The position numbers and the translations under genes were made by a program. Shown in pieces: positions 8,552 to 19,400 of a stretch of 64,000 bases of DNA. The notes under the pieces were generated by a model. It was not told where the DNA came from, made no database searches, and saw only the letters and a program-made list of their open reading frames with translations. The first letter of the stretch is position 1. Every line of letters begins with the position of its first letter. The DNA lies in contig CADBLE010000005.1 of assembly GCA_902795435.1 (NCBI GenBank), positions 2,758 to 66,757 of the forward strand, read 5' to 3'. The stretch is from an uncultured Pseudomonadota bacterium. GTDB lineage: Bacteria; Pseudomonadota; Alphaproteobacteria; Rs-D84.

Positions 8552-11182
8552 TTAATTTAATTTTCCATGACAATGTTTGTATTTCAAACCCGAACCACAT
8601 GGACACAATGCGTTACGACTGATATTCATATTCGCCATATGATTTTCAGAACCGCTTTGATTCAAACTAGAATCGTGTTCTGCCTGTTGTTGTGCAGTTG
8701 CATCAACATCTTCCTGGGTCAATTCCATACGGCAAATATATGCAACAGATATAGATTTGAAATTCATAATTGTGTTCTTGAATAAATCAAGTGCTTCATT
8801 TTTATATTCATACAACGGATTCTTTTGGGCATATCCACGCAAACCGATAGAACCCTGTAAATAATCCATCTGTTGTAAATGGCGTTTCCAAACACTGTCC
8901 AATGCGCCCAACATCATTTGACGTTGTGCCATTTGCATCAATTCAGGACCGTATTTTTCACATTGGTTTTGATAACGACGCAATGCCAATTTCAACAATG
9001 TTTCATACGCCACGCGTTCAGACACAGATTCATCTGTTTTCCATTTATCTAAATCTGTAATGTCTAATGAGAATATACGCATCATATCGTTATGAATTGC
9101 TTCTAAATTCCAATCCATTGGGTGTGCTTTTTCAGGAATATTGTTTTCACAAATCATTTCAACAACATCACCAATCAATTCTTCCACAAATGGATTCAAG
9201 TTTTCAGAACTCATCAATTCATCACGTTGTTTATAAATAACCATTCTTTGATCATTCATAACATTATCGTATTTCAGCAATTCTTTACGTGCTTCAAAAT
9301 ATCTTGCTTCTACGCGTTTTTGTGCTTTTTCAAGTGCCTTTGTTATCCAAGGGTGGGTAATTGCTTCACCTGGTTTTAATCCAAGGTTAGTCAACATGTT
9401 TTCCAATCTGGACGCACCAAATATACGCATCAAATCGTCGTCCAAAGCCAAGAAAAACTTAGAATCACCAGGGTCACCCTGACGACCAGAACGACCACGT
9501 AACTGGTTATCAATACGACGAGATTCATGTCTTTCTGTACCGATAACATATAAACCACCCGCATCCAATACCAACTGTTTATTCTTTTCAATTCTGTCTA
9601 TAATTTCTTTCTTTTTGTCTTCGAAATCAGGTGCAGTTTCATCAAGTTCTGCAATCAAATCGTCTGCATTACCACCCAATTTAATATCGGTTCCACGACC
9701 AGCCATATTTGTAGCAATTGTAACTGCACCTGGGGCACCGGCCTGGGATACAATTTTTGCTTCGCTTTCGTGGTGTTTTGCATTTAACACCGCAGGGTTG
9801 ATTCCTAATTTTTCACGAACGATTTTTGCCAATTCTTCTGATTTTTCAATAGACACTGTTCCAACCAACACAGGTTGTTGGCGTTCCATACATTCTTGGA
9901 TTTGTTTAATAATTGCATCGTATTTTTCAGATTTATTACGATAAATTTCATCATGATGATCAATACGTGCAACCGGTTTATTTGTAGGAATTGAAACAAC
10001 GCGTAATTTATAGATTTCTTCAAATTCTGCTGCTTCTGTCATTGCTGTTCCAGTCATACCCGCCAATTTAGGATACATTCTGAACAAATTCTGGTAAGAA
10101 ATACTGGACACAGTTTGATTTTCAGGTTGAACTGTTACATGTTCTTTTGCTTCAATTGCCTGGTGTAATCCTTTACCAAAACGACGACCAGACATCACAC
10201 GACCCGTAAATTCATCAACAATTAAAACTTCGCCATCGCGAACAACATAATTTACATTTTTGATATACAAATGGTGTGCCAACAAAGATTGTTGGATATG
10301 CATAACCAAAACAGCATTTTCAGACGCATATAAATTATCACCAACCAAAACACCGGCTTCTTTCAATAAATTTGTAGCATGGTCAATACCGGCATCAGTC
10401 AATGTAACATGTCTGTCTTTTTCATCAATTTTATAATCTTCTGGAACCAATTGAGCAACCACAGCATCAACTTTGTTATATAATTCACTGGTATCTTCCG
10501 CAGGTCCAGAAATAATCAAAGGTGTTCTGGCTTCGTCAATTAAAATACTGTCCACTTCGTCAACGATAGCATAAAAGAAAGGACGTAAAACCTGTTGTTC
10601 TTTTGTAAATTTCATATTATCACGCAGATAATCAAAACCTAATTCTGAATTTGTAACATACGTAATATCGCAATTATATGCTGCGCGTCTGTCTTCATCA
10701 GACATATCGTGTTGAATAATACCCACAGTCATACCCAAAAATCTATAAACCTGGCCCATCCAACCCGCGTCACGAGATGCCAGATAATCATTTACTGTAA
10801 TTAAATGTGCACCTTTGCCTTGTAATGCCTTTAAATACAAAGCCAATGTAGCAACCAATGTTTTACCTTCACCAGTTTTCATTTCTGAAATCTGGCCATT
10901 ACCCAAAACCATACCACCAATCAATTGCACATCAAAATGACGCAACCCAATTGAACGTTTTGATGCTTCACGAACCGCAGCAAACACATCAGGCAAAATA
11001 TCTTTTTCTTTTTCGCCATTTGCTAATCTTTCACGGAAAACATTTGTTAAATTGTGAATTTCTTCATCCGTCATTGCGGCATATTTAGGTTCCAAACCAT
11101 TTATAATTGCCACTGTTTTATCATAAGATTTAACCAATCTGTCGTTTACAGAACCAAACAATTTTTTCAATAAATTAGCCAT
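8552..11182 (-). CDS. secA: preprotein translocase ATPase SecA
   Basis: 876 aa. MKTGEGKTLVATL Walker A, DEVDSILIDEARTPLIISG, TNMAGRGTDIKLGG, and a C-terminal zinc-binding tail CPCGSGLKYKHCHG. Confidence 0.98.
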   Translation of the reverse strand: MANLLKKLFGSVNDRLVKSYDKTVAIINGLEPKYAAMTDEEIHNLTNVFRERLANGEKEKDILPDVFAAVREASKRSIGLRHFDVQLIGGMVLGNGQISEMKTGEGKTLVATLALYLKALQGKGAHLITVNDYLASRDAGWMGQVYRFLGMTVGIIQHDMSDEDRRAAYNCDITYVTNSELGFDYLRDNMKFTKEQQVLRPFFYAIVDEVDSILIDEARTPLIISGPAEDTSELYNKVDAVVAQLVPEDYKIDEKDRHVTLTDAGIDHATNLLKEAGVLVGDNLYASENAVLVMHIQQSLLAHHLYIKNVNYVVRDGEVLIVDEFTGRVMSGRRFGKGLHQAIEAKEHVTVQPENQTVSSISYQNLFRMYPKLAGMTGTAMTEAAEFEEIYKLRVVSIPTNKPVARIDHHDEIYRNKSEKYDAIIKQIQECMERQQPVLVGTVSIEKSEELAKIVREKLGINPAVLNAKHHESEAKIVSQAGAPGAVTIATNMAGRGTDIKLGGNADDLIAELDETAPDFEDKKKEIIDRIEKNKQLVLDAGGLYVIGTERHESRRIDNQLRGRSGRQGDPGDSKFFLALDDDLMRIFGASRLENMLTNLGLKPGEAITHPWITKALEKAQKRVEARYFEARKELLKYDNVMNDQRMVIYKQRDELMSSENLNPFVEELIGDVVEMICENNIPEKAHPMDWNLEAIHNDMMRIFSLDITDLDKWKTDESVSERVAYETLLKLALRRYQNQCEKYGPELMQMAQRQMMLGALDSVWKRHLQQMDYLQGSIGLRGYAQKNPLYEYKNEALDLFKNTIMNFKSISVAYICRMELTQEDVDATAQQQAEHDSSLNQSGSENHMANMNISRNALCPCGSGLKYKHCHGKLN

Positions 11183-11245
11183 TTTATTTCCTTCTTTTTT
11201 TACAATGCGATTTTGACCATTTTGGCATTGCCATATTTTTATTGT

Positions 11246-11274
11246 TTTATAGCAATTTTAGACCCTTTGGTCAA
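11246..11274 (-). promoter_or_regulatory. putative sigma70-type promoter for secA
   Basis: On the minus strand: TTGACC (11274-11269), a 17-nt spacer, then TATAAA (11251-11246), about 60 nt upstream of the secA start. Confidence 0.4.
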
Positions 11275-11346
11275 GCCACTTTATCCATATAATGCAGTTT
11301 TTTTATAAAACAAGTTTATATGTGAAAAAATCCCAGATTTTCGCGT

Positions 11347-14300
11347 TTATTCTGCGCTAGCATCATATACATTGTATGTATTATTGTTATACAAAACATG
11401 CATTTTTTTACTAGATTCTGAATTTATCGTCAAATTCTGTTGACCCATATTCACATAATATGTCTTGCCACCAATTTCCACAGCCAAAGCAGGGTGGGTC
11501 AATTGTTCCTCTGACAAACACATTTTATCTGATTCATCGTTTCCAATACGTAAATATTTTTCTGTTTCGCATACTGATTGGATTGGGTTGTTATTATAAC
11601 CTTCTGGAACACAAACCTTTGCATTATCAGATAAAATATTATCATAAATTGCTTTTCTGACCACAGATTGTTTCACGGTTACACCCGAAATATAACTGCC
11701 ACAATAACCCGGACATCTTCTTTGGCAACCTTCTAGTCCGCCAGTTGCGATATCTGCAACATAAACCCATCTTGACAACGCAGGCGCACCCATTCTGCAC
11801 CAACAATATTGTCCTGTTCCAGTCAATTCATCTAAAATATCAGAACCAGAAGTAGCATTACCATTTACAATATTTCTGCTTGCGTCTGCCGAACAAAAAG
11901 CATCACCCTCAATAACAATCCCCGCCATTTCACGATTTTCTTGAACATTATCAAAAGTGGCACGCCAACGCATTGCATCTCGCATTTCTTCATAGGTATC
12001 TGGATGTACAGTTTGGTATGGTTCATAATCATCTGCATCTATTTTGTAATTGTTTATCCATGGAATATCTATTTCAATATACCCATTTTTACAAACACAT
12101 TCTTCACCGTTCCAATTTTCGTTTTCGGAACACAATGGAACCCAATGTGCATATAATACAATATCTTGGGAATTGTCTTCTGAAATATAAGTAACCTTTT
12201 CACCACCATTTGCACTGTCATACCATCCAATAAAATTATAACCTTCTTTTATTGGTTCACATAAAATTTCTTTACCCATGCCAATATTTACAGCTTCATT
12301 TTCACAACCAGAACCACCGTTTGTATAATCGTAGGTTATATTATAAGCATTATATAAACATTCAGATTCAGAATTTGCACCATCATATAATGTCGTTGAA
12401 CCATCTGGACATTTTGTACAAGAAACCTTTGGATTTAAATCAGATTCAAATCCTGTATTATATTTGTAATATCCAATTGGACATTTTGTAATCAAACTGG
12501 TTCCTTCAAACATTTCAAACATAGACATATTTGTATCGTCATAATTTACATTATTTATTGTTCCAAATAAATCAGTTGGTATAAATCCGTATGTTGTATT
12601 TGTATTATAATCTTTGAAACCAACAATTTGTGAATCATTATAAAATGTTTGATAGAACATCATCCATTCTGGTTCACCAGACAATCTGCCAAACAGATTC
12701 TTTGGCACATAACCAGACAAATTTGTACAACCATAGAAAGTTCCATAATACATCCAACCTTGTGCATCACCATAGATATCACCAAACAATCCATCTGGAA
12801 TTTCACCAGTTAAATTTTCACAACCATCAAATGTTCCAGAATACATATTTATTGCAGGATTCCCGCTAATATTTCCAAACAATCCAGATGGTATATTTCC
12901 ATATAATTTCTTGCACCCATTAAATGTATTGGAATACATAGCGATTTTTGGACTGCCATAAATACCCGCAAATAAATTTGCTGGAATTTCACTTTCAATA
13001 TTTTGACAGTTATAGAAAGTATTACTGAACATTGCTTCACGTGTTTCACCACTGATATCAGCAAACAAGTTTTCTGTAATTTCACCCGTTATTCCTGTGC
13101 AACCCGCAAATGTTCTGTAAAACATATAATCCACAGGCGCCCCATGAACACCTTCAAATATATTTTCAGGAATAGGTGTTGTAATTTTATCGCAATTATT
13201 AAATGTGTTCGCAAATCTTGGCTGGGTTGATAAAGAATCACCGTTACCAATTGTAGGAAATACCGCACCCAAAGAGCCACGAATTGCAATTATTCTATCG
13301 TATGTGTTTGTTTCGTTACTGTTTTTAACCATACCAAATGTAATTGCACCATAATAATCACTATCACCAATATAATATTCACTAACATTTTTACTGCCGA
13401 TAGAAATTGTATATGTTTCGCCAGACATATAATTTACATAATTATGTTCTATTCTGGTTGGTTCTGGGGTTGTAATTCGTATTTGTTCAATATTGCCATC
13501 GCCCCAATTTATGATATAGGTTCCAGCCGCAGAAATACGGAAAACAAATTGTGGTGTATATGGTTTAACATCTAATTCAAATGGTGATGGAACACATCCA
13601 TATTCGTCCATTGTACCAGACGCAGAAGTAGTTCCATTTGGACATAAAATCTTTGATTCGTCCGCATTTTCAATTGTCCAAACACCCTGTGGGCAATAAT
13701 AACCAATTGGACATTCACGACATTCTGTAACATCTTGACCGACATATAAATATTCACCCGCATAACATTCGTATGTTGTTACATGGCATGAAGATTCGCC
13801 CACAGAACCATATTCAGAATACAAACCGTTTGGACAGCGTCTGCAAGAAACACGACCGTCCCAGAATTCATCAAATTCAGTTTCAACCTGATAATAATAT
13901 TCTGGACAAGCGGTAACAATACCTGAATTTTCAAATATATTTAACATTCCGTCGCCCTGGTGATCATCATTATCCAAATTCGCAAACAAGTTTTCTGGAA
14001 CCCAACCAGACAAAGAATAAGTGTCTTTAAATGTTCTGCGGAATGATTTATTCTCCAAAGAACCACTGATATTAGCAAACAAATCTTGCGGTATTTGACC
14101 ACTTAAATTTTCACATCCACTGAAAGTAGCAGCAAATATACGTTCTTTTGGTTCACCAGAAATATTAGCAAACAAATTGTGCGGTATTTCCCCTGTTAAA
14201 CTTTTACAATTAAAGAAAGTTCCTGGGAACATGTGTGGAACGGTTGTTCCGCGGATATTTGCAAATAAATTTTCAGGTATTGAATATGTTGGAACACCAT

Positions 14301-16458
14301 TTTCAGAACCTAAATTCTTACACCCAGAAAAAGTTCCATCAAACATGTACGATGCTGGTTGCCCTGAAATATTACCAAAGAAATGTTCTGGGATAGGGCC
14401 AGTAATATTTTCACATCCCATAAATGTAGAATAGAACATATGTTCCACAGGTTGCCCACGTAATTCAGCAAATAAATCTTCATCAAGAGAACCTTTCAAA
14501 TTTGTACACCCGTTAAATGTTCTCCAAAACCTTGGTTGTGTTGATAAAGAATCACCGCTATCAATTGTAGGGAATATCTTTGCCAATGACCCAGAAATGT
14601 ATTCAATTGCGTTATAAGTATTTGTTTGACCAGACCAATTCGCAAAAGAAATTGCAGCCGTTTCTACACTGGTGCTGTACCCATCTGCCAAACCACCAAT
14701 TCTGATGGTTCTGGATTTAGTATCTGAATATGTATGATAGATGGGCAAAGATGATTTATCTGTTTTTATGTATTCAGTAACATTACCATCACCCCAATCA
14801 ACATAAAATCTTCCAGATGCAGAAATACGGAATTCAAAATAATTTATTGAATTTGTGCTTATATTAAATTTTGCATCTATACATTCATTATCGTATACAA
14901 ATTGGTTTGTTGCACATATCACAGGTGTTATTGTTCCACCACCACCATTACCACCAACGGCATCACAAGAATCATTAAATACTTTTTTTCTAAATTCTTG
15001 ATCATTAGCCACCATTTCTGCACACAAAGCAGGGCAATTCTTACGACAATATTCATTCTTTGCAGTCCAATTTCCAGAATATCCAGACACGATATTACCA
15101 TAAACTACCCATCTCTTTTTATCCAAAGAACAAGAACACCCACCATAAGTTCCAGTCAAAACACCAGTTTTTATATCACCACGTGTTTTCCATGCGTTTG
15201 CCGCACAAACCGCCCAACCATTTACAGTTACACCATTAAAATCAACACCCCAACCCTGGTCAGATGTATAATAATCAAGTTCTGCCATATATTGGTCATA
15301 AATTGCGGTTCCTTCGCCTGCGTTGCCAGCAGATTGCGCAGATTTAAGATTAAACGAACTGCTACTGCCTGTTAGCAACTGATATTCTTCACCATTATAT
15401 GAATAATACACATCTGTGCTTATTTCTTGGACAGAAGGTAATTCTGATGTTGGATAATAAGAAGAAGCATTTTCAACAACACCATCTTCGCAACTCAAAC
15501 TTGGTACCGATATATTATGTTCACATTCTTGGTTTATGCCATTCCAAGTATAATCATCACCACGTGCATTACATTCAGATTCATAATCATATCTGCATGT
15601 CTGAGATTCAGTATCCCAATAATAATACCCGCCACGATTATCACATTCTGTTCTGTGGTTTTTACATTCACCATTTTCCCAATAATACAATTCACCATTA
15701 TTTACACATTCAGATTCATAATCATATTTACATGTCTGGGATTCAGTGTCCCAATAATAATACCCACCATTATCTTCGCATTCTGATTCATAATTATATT
15801 TACACGCCTGAGTTTCAGTGTCCCAATAATAATATCCACCACGATTTTCACATTCTGCTTCGTAATCAAATTTGCATTCATTGGCATTTTCGTCCCAATA
15901 ATATCCTTCACTGCATGTTGTCGTTGTATTCGGCACACAAATTTCACCATTATTTAAAATATTTGTTCCGTAAAAACTGCGAATTGTTGTCGAATATGTC
16001 TTGTTTGCACATCTTTTTGAACATTCGTCAAACCAAACATTTGAACCTTCTGGGATTGTGCTTGATGGGGCAACCGCACCACCAGAATAAGTCCAATTTG
16101 TTTCAAATGGCGCAACAATACGACACCAGCAATTTTTACCGGTATATGTCCCCGCCGGCACACTGGCATCTATTGAACCCGTACCTTTGTCCCAACCCAA
16201 AGATTCCCCATATATAGTTCCAATATTTGTTGCTTCTGCGGTAAATGTTGAACCAGAATATGAATAAGTCGGGTTTTTAACATTAAAATCATATACATGT
16301 GATGTTTTTGTGTAACCACTATCACAAACACATTCTGAACCATTGTATGTTGAATTAGTAGGGCAATTTACATCTGCCGCACGAACATTTTCCATATTTC
16401 CAACAACGATAAATAATGTCGCTGTTAAAAATCTAAAAAACATACGTTTCAACAACAT
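11347..16458 (-). CDS. giant mosaic surface protein 1 (1703 aa): G..CWC cysteine modules, YYWD tandem repeats, two BspA/DUF285-like cassettes, Cys-rich modules, conserved C-terminal domain
   Basis: Uninterrupted 5.1 kb ORF in AT-rich DNA with signal peptide MFFRFLTATLFIVVGNMENVRA. Module map in nt: CWC 15931-16368; YYWD repeats 15523-15915; CSC variant 14959-15276; BspA-like cassettes 13924-14841 and 12493-13551; Cys-rich 13591-13911 and 12355-12483; one Listeria-Bacteroides-type repeat 12142-12348; CWC 11608-12132; C-terminal domain 11350-11574. It starts only 7 nt after the stop of the upstream giant ORF. Confidence 0.9.
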   Translation of the reverse strand: MLLKRMFFRFLTATLFIVVGNMENVRAADVNCPTNSTYNGSECVCDSGYTKTSHVYDFNVKNPTYSYSGSTFTAEATNIGTIYGESLGWDKGTGSIDASVPAGTYTGKNCWCRIVAPFETNWTYSGGAVAPSSTIPEGSNVWFDECSKRCANKTYSTTIRSFYGTNILNNGEICVPNTTTTCSEGYYWDENANECKFDYEAECENRGGYYYWDTETQACKYNYESECEDNGGYYYWDTESQTCKYDYESECVNNGELYYWENGECKNHRTECDNRGGYYYWDTESQTCRYDYESECNARGDDYTWNGINQECEHNISVPSLSCEDGVVENASSYYPTSELPSVQEISTDVYYSYNGEEYQLLTGSSSSFNLKSAQSAGNAGEGTAIYDQYMAELDYYTSDQGWGVDFNGVTVNGWAVCAANAWKTRGDIKTGVLTGTYGGCSCSLDKKRWVVYGNIVSGYSGNWTAKNEYCRKNCPALCAEMVANDQEFRKKVFNDSCDAVGGNGGGGTITPVICATNQFVYDNECIDAKFNISTNSINYFEFRISASGRFYVDWGDGNVTEYIKTDKSSLPIYHTYSDTKSRTIRIGGLADGYSTSVETAAISFANWSGQTNTYNAIEYISGSLAKIFPTIDSGDSLSTQPRFWRTFNGCTNLKGSLDEDLFAELRGQPVEHMFYSTFMGCENITGPIPEHFFGNISGQPASYMFDGTFSGCKNLGSENGVPTYSIPENLFANIRGTTVPHMFPGTFFNCKSLTGEIPHNLFANISGEPKERIFAATFSGCENLSGQIPQDLFANISGSLENKSFRRTFKDTYSLSGWVPENLFANLDNDDHQGDGMLNIFENSGIVTACPEYYYQVETEFDEFWDGRVSCRRCPNGLYSEYGSVGESSCHVTTYECYAGEYLYVGQDVTECRECPIGYYCPQGVWTIENADESKILCPNGTTSASGTMDEYGCVPSPFELDVKPYTPQFVFRISAAGTYIINWGDGNIEQIRITTPEPTRIEHNYVNYMSGETYTISIGSKNVSEYYIGDSDYYGAITFGMVKNSNETNTYDRIIAIRGSLGAVFPTIGNGDSLSTQPRFANTFNNCDKITTPIPENIFEGVHGAPVDYMFYRTFAGCTGITGEITENLFADISGETREAMFSNTFYNCQNIESEIPANLFAGIYGSPKIAMYSNTFNGCKKLYGNIPSGLFGNISGNPAINMYSGTFDGCENLTGEIPDGLFGDIYGDAQGWMYYGTFYGCTNLSGYVPKNLFGRLSGEPEWMMFYQTFYNDSQIVGFKDYNTNTTYGFIPTDLFGTINNVNYDDTNMSMFEMFEGTSLITKCPIGYYKYNTGFESDLNPKVSCTKCPDGSTTLYDGANSESECLYNAYNITYDYTNGGSGCENEAVNIGMGKEILCEPIKEGYNFIGWYDSANGGEKVTYISEDNSQDIVLYAHWVPLCSENENWNGEECVCKNGYIEIDIPWINNYKIDADDYEPYQTVHPDTYEEMRDAMRWRATFDNVQENREMAGIVIEGDAFCSADASRNIVNGNATSGSDILDELTGTGQYCWCRMGAPALSRWVYVADIATGGLEGCQRRCPGYCGSYISGVTVKQSVVRKAIYDNILSDNAKVCVPEGYNNNPIQSVCETEKYLRIGNDESDKMCLSEEQLTHPALAVEIGGKTYYVNMGQQNLTINSESSKKMHVLYNNNTYNVYDASAE
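15523..15915 (-). repeat. in-frame tandem repeat, about 6 units of roughly 63-72 bp (21-24 aa)
   Basis: Protein units are C[ED]NRGGYYYWDTE[ST]Q[AT]CKY[ND]YESE. On the plus strand the motif cccaataataata recurs at about 15615, 15677, 15750, 15822 and 15894. Confidence 0.9.
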
Positions 16459-16465
16459 TTCCTAC

Positions 16466-19400
16466 TTACTCCATACTCGCGTCATATACGTTATATATTC
16501 TTCCCATATATTCAACACGCATTTTCTTGGTTGTTTCCGCATTTATTGTTAAATTTCTTTGTCCCATATTTGCATAATATGTTCTGCCATTTACCTGTAT
16601 TGCCAAAGCAGGGTGCGTCTGTTGTTCTTCATACAAACATAATTTATCTGATTCATTTTCGCCAATTCTCAAATATTTGCCAGATGGACATACAACATGA
16701 CATTCTGAAATTGCACTTGCGCCGTCATATTCCGTTGTTGTGCCATGAGGACATTGTGTCTTGGATTCATCTGCGGTTTCAACCGTCCAGACACCTTCTG
16801 GACAATAATATCCAATTGGACATGTTCTGCATTCAGCAACATTTTCATCAACATACAAATATTCACCAGCATCACATTCAAATTGTTCTTCTACACAAGA
16901 ATTTTGACCAACAGAACCAGCGTCTGACAAAGTTCCAACAGGGCACTTTACACAATCTGAAATATTTTCATCATAGTAATAATTTTCATTACATTGTGTT
17001 GATTCATCTAATTCCCAAACAGCATATAAATATTTATCACCAATTGAACCTTGTTCTATTGTATATGACAATGTTGGGTTTGAACAATTTTCGGTTTCGC
17101 ACCAACCCATAAATATGTAATTTGTTTTTTCTGGGTTGTTCAATGTAAATGTCGCGGTTTCAACATTATAAGATGTTGGGTTTTCCGCATAACCACCGTA
17201 TAATTCATATGTAATTGTGTAATCTATAGGCATACAGATTATACCTGTCTGGAAATCATACATTTTTTGTCTGAAACTTGTCTTGTCGCGCAAATACGAA
17301 GCACAGTTGCTTGCACAATGATTCTTGCAAGACGCATCATCATCGCGATTATAACGATAACCCCACTTTGAAATACGGCTTTCGATATTTCCGCCTGTTG
17401 GGGTGAAATAGTTGATTTGACACCAACAATATTGACCAGATGTTTCAACCCCCATATAACTTGTATCTGCGGTTTCGCTATCTGGTGTGTTATTGCAAGA
17501 TGCTATACCTTTGATTACACCATAATCAAAATATGTTTCCCATTCGCCATTATTTAATGTGTTTCCTTCACAACTATCACTTGCACTGCCATAACAATGT
17601 TGCCCATCATTGCTTCTTGAAATATATGAATTTCCTTTCTTGCTGATATCAACATTAAACGCAGAAGTGGTTGATGTTGTCTTGTAATATCCCACAGAAC
17701 ATCCTTCATATACACATTGTTGTGTATTTGCATCCCATCTGTAATCTTCGCCACGTGACAAACATTCTGATTCATAATCATATAAACATTCATGTGTTGC
17801 AGAATTCCAATAATATCCATCGGCACAAGAGCACGCTGATACATAACCACCATCAGAATATCCATGTTCTGGACATGCAACACACACGCCACCAGATGTC
17901 TTGTAATAATCTTCATGGCAAGGTTCTTCAATCCAACGTGCGTATAATGTTATATCTGTTGCTAATGATGTATCTATACCTGTTATTTCTGTATTATTTT
18001 CATCAAACCAACCAACAAATATTTTGCCGTCTTGTACTGGTTCAACCAATGAACTAATAAACGGTGTAGTTACGTTATATTCATAAATAACATTTGTGTC
18101 AGATTCAAATTCACCACCGTTTAATACATAGTTGATATGATATACTATCGGTGTATATGCACAAGTATTTCTGTTTCTATATATTCTGCCAGAAACCACA
18201 TAATAATCACGGCTTGAACAATTGTTATAACAATCATTTTCTGATACAGAACCAGCATCAGACCAAGGATATGAAGCAGGGCAATTTTCTATGCCAGAAT
18301 CTGTTGTTTCAGAATATTCATAATTACCACCAGAACAATATTTGTTTTCTTCACATTGTGCACAAACAAGTGTTCCAGCAGGCAAATAATATCCCGCTTC
18401 GCATCGTACAGTTTTTGGCATCCATTGTGCATAAACAGTTGTATCATGCGTTGTTCCTGTTTTGATATTTGTTATAGCATTCATATAATCTGGTGCCAAA
18501 GACCAAACAAGGAAATCATAATTTGGTTTTACAACACTTGTTGGTAACGCAAAACTATCCAATCTGGTATATGTGGTTCTTACATCACTGCCATCTAGCC
18601 ATGTACCACCATTTAATTCATAGTTCAGGTTATATTCTTCCATTTCTATGTTTGCAACACATGTCGTTGTGTCTTCTGTTACAGGCATATATTCATCGGT
18701 AGCATGTTCAACACCATTACATGTCCACCCGATTAATGTATCAAGTGTTATTCTGCATTCTGTTGCGGTTGGTGGCAAAACAGTAAATCCAACATAATTT
18801 GTTCTGGTTATTTGATGATTATTACCACAATCATATACAACACTTCCTTGTGGTGTTGCGATATTCCATCTTGCATACAATGTTACATCACCAGTCATAC
18901 CACGTGCAAAACCATATACAACATTTGATAAATCAGCAGATGTTGACCATCCATCAAATGCATATTGATGTCTGGTGTCACCGTGATGGTTATATGTTAT
19001 ATTTGATGGATATATAACATCATCTTGCTTTGTATATGTATTTGGTGTCAGACCAGTAATTTCATATTCTGTGCCATCTTCTGCAACATCTTTATAGGTA
19101 ATATGATATGTTTCCAAAACTTCTGGTTCTGGTTCTTTCAATTTTACATTACATGTTATTGTTCCATCTTTAACAGTGACATTTTCATCCAGCGCATATT
19201 CTTGTTCATCACATATCCAACCAATTAATGTTTCTGTGTCTATACGACATTCTGTCGCAGTTGCAGGTGACACGGTAAATCCAACATAATTTGTTCTGGT
19301 TATTTGACGCCTGTTACCACAATCATATACAACGTTTCCTTGTGGTGTTGCGATATTCCATCTTGCATACAATGTTATATCACCAGTCATACCAGGTGCA

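Noticed and set aside
11223-11233. The palindrome TGGCATTGCCA in the secA leader, considered as a sigma54 or regulator site.
   Set aside because: It does not match the TGGCAC-N5-TTGC spacing of sigma54 promoters, it is a single occurrence, and it is too short to interpret.
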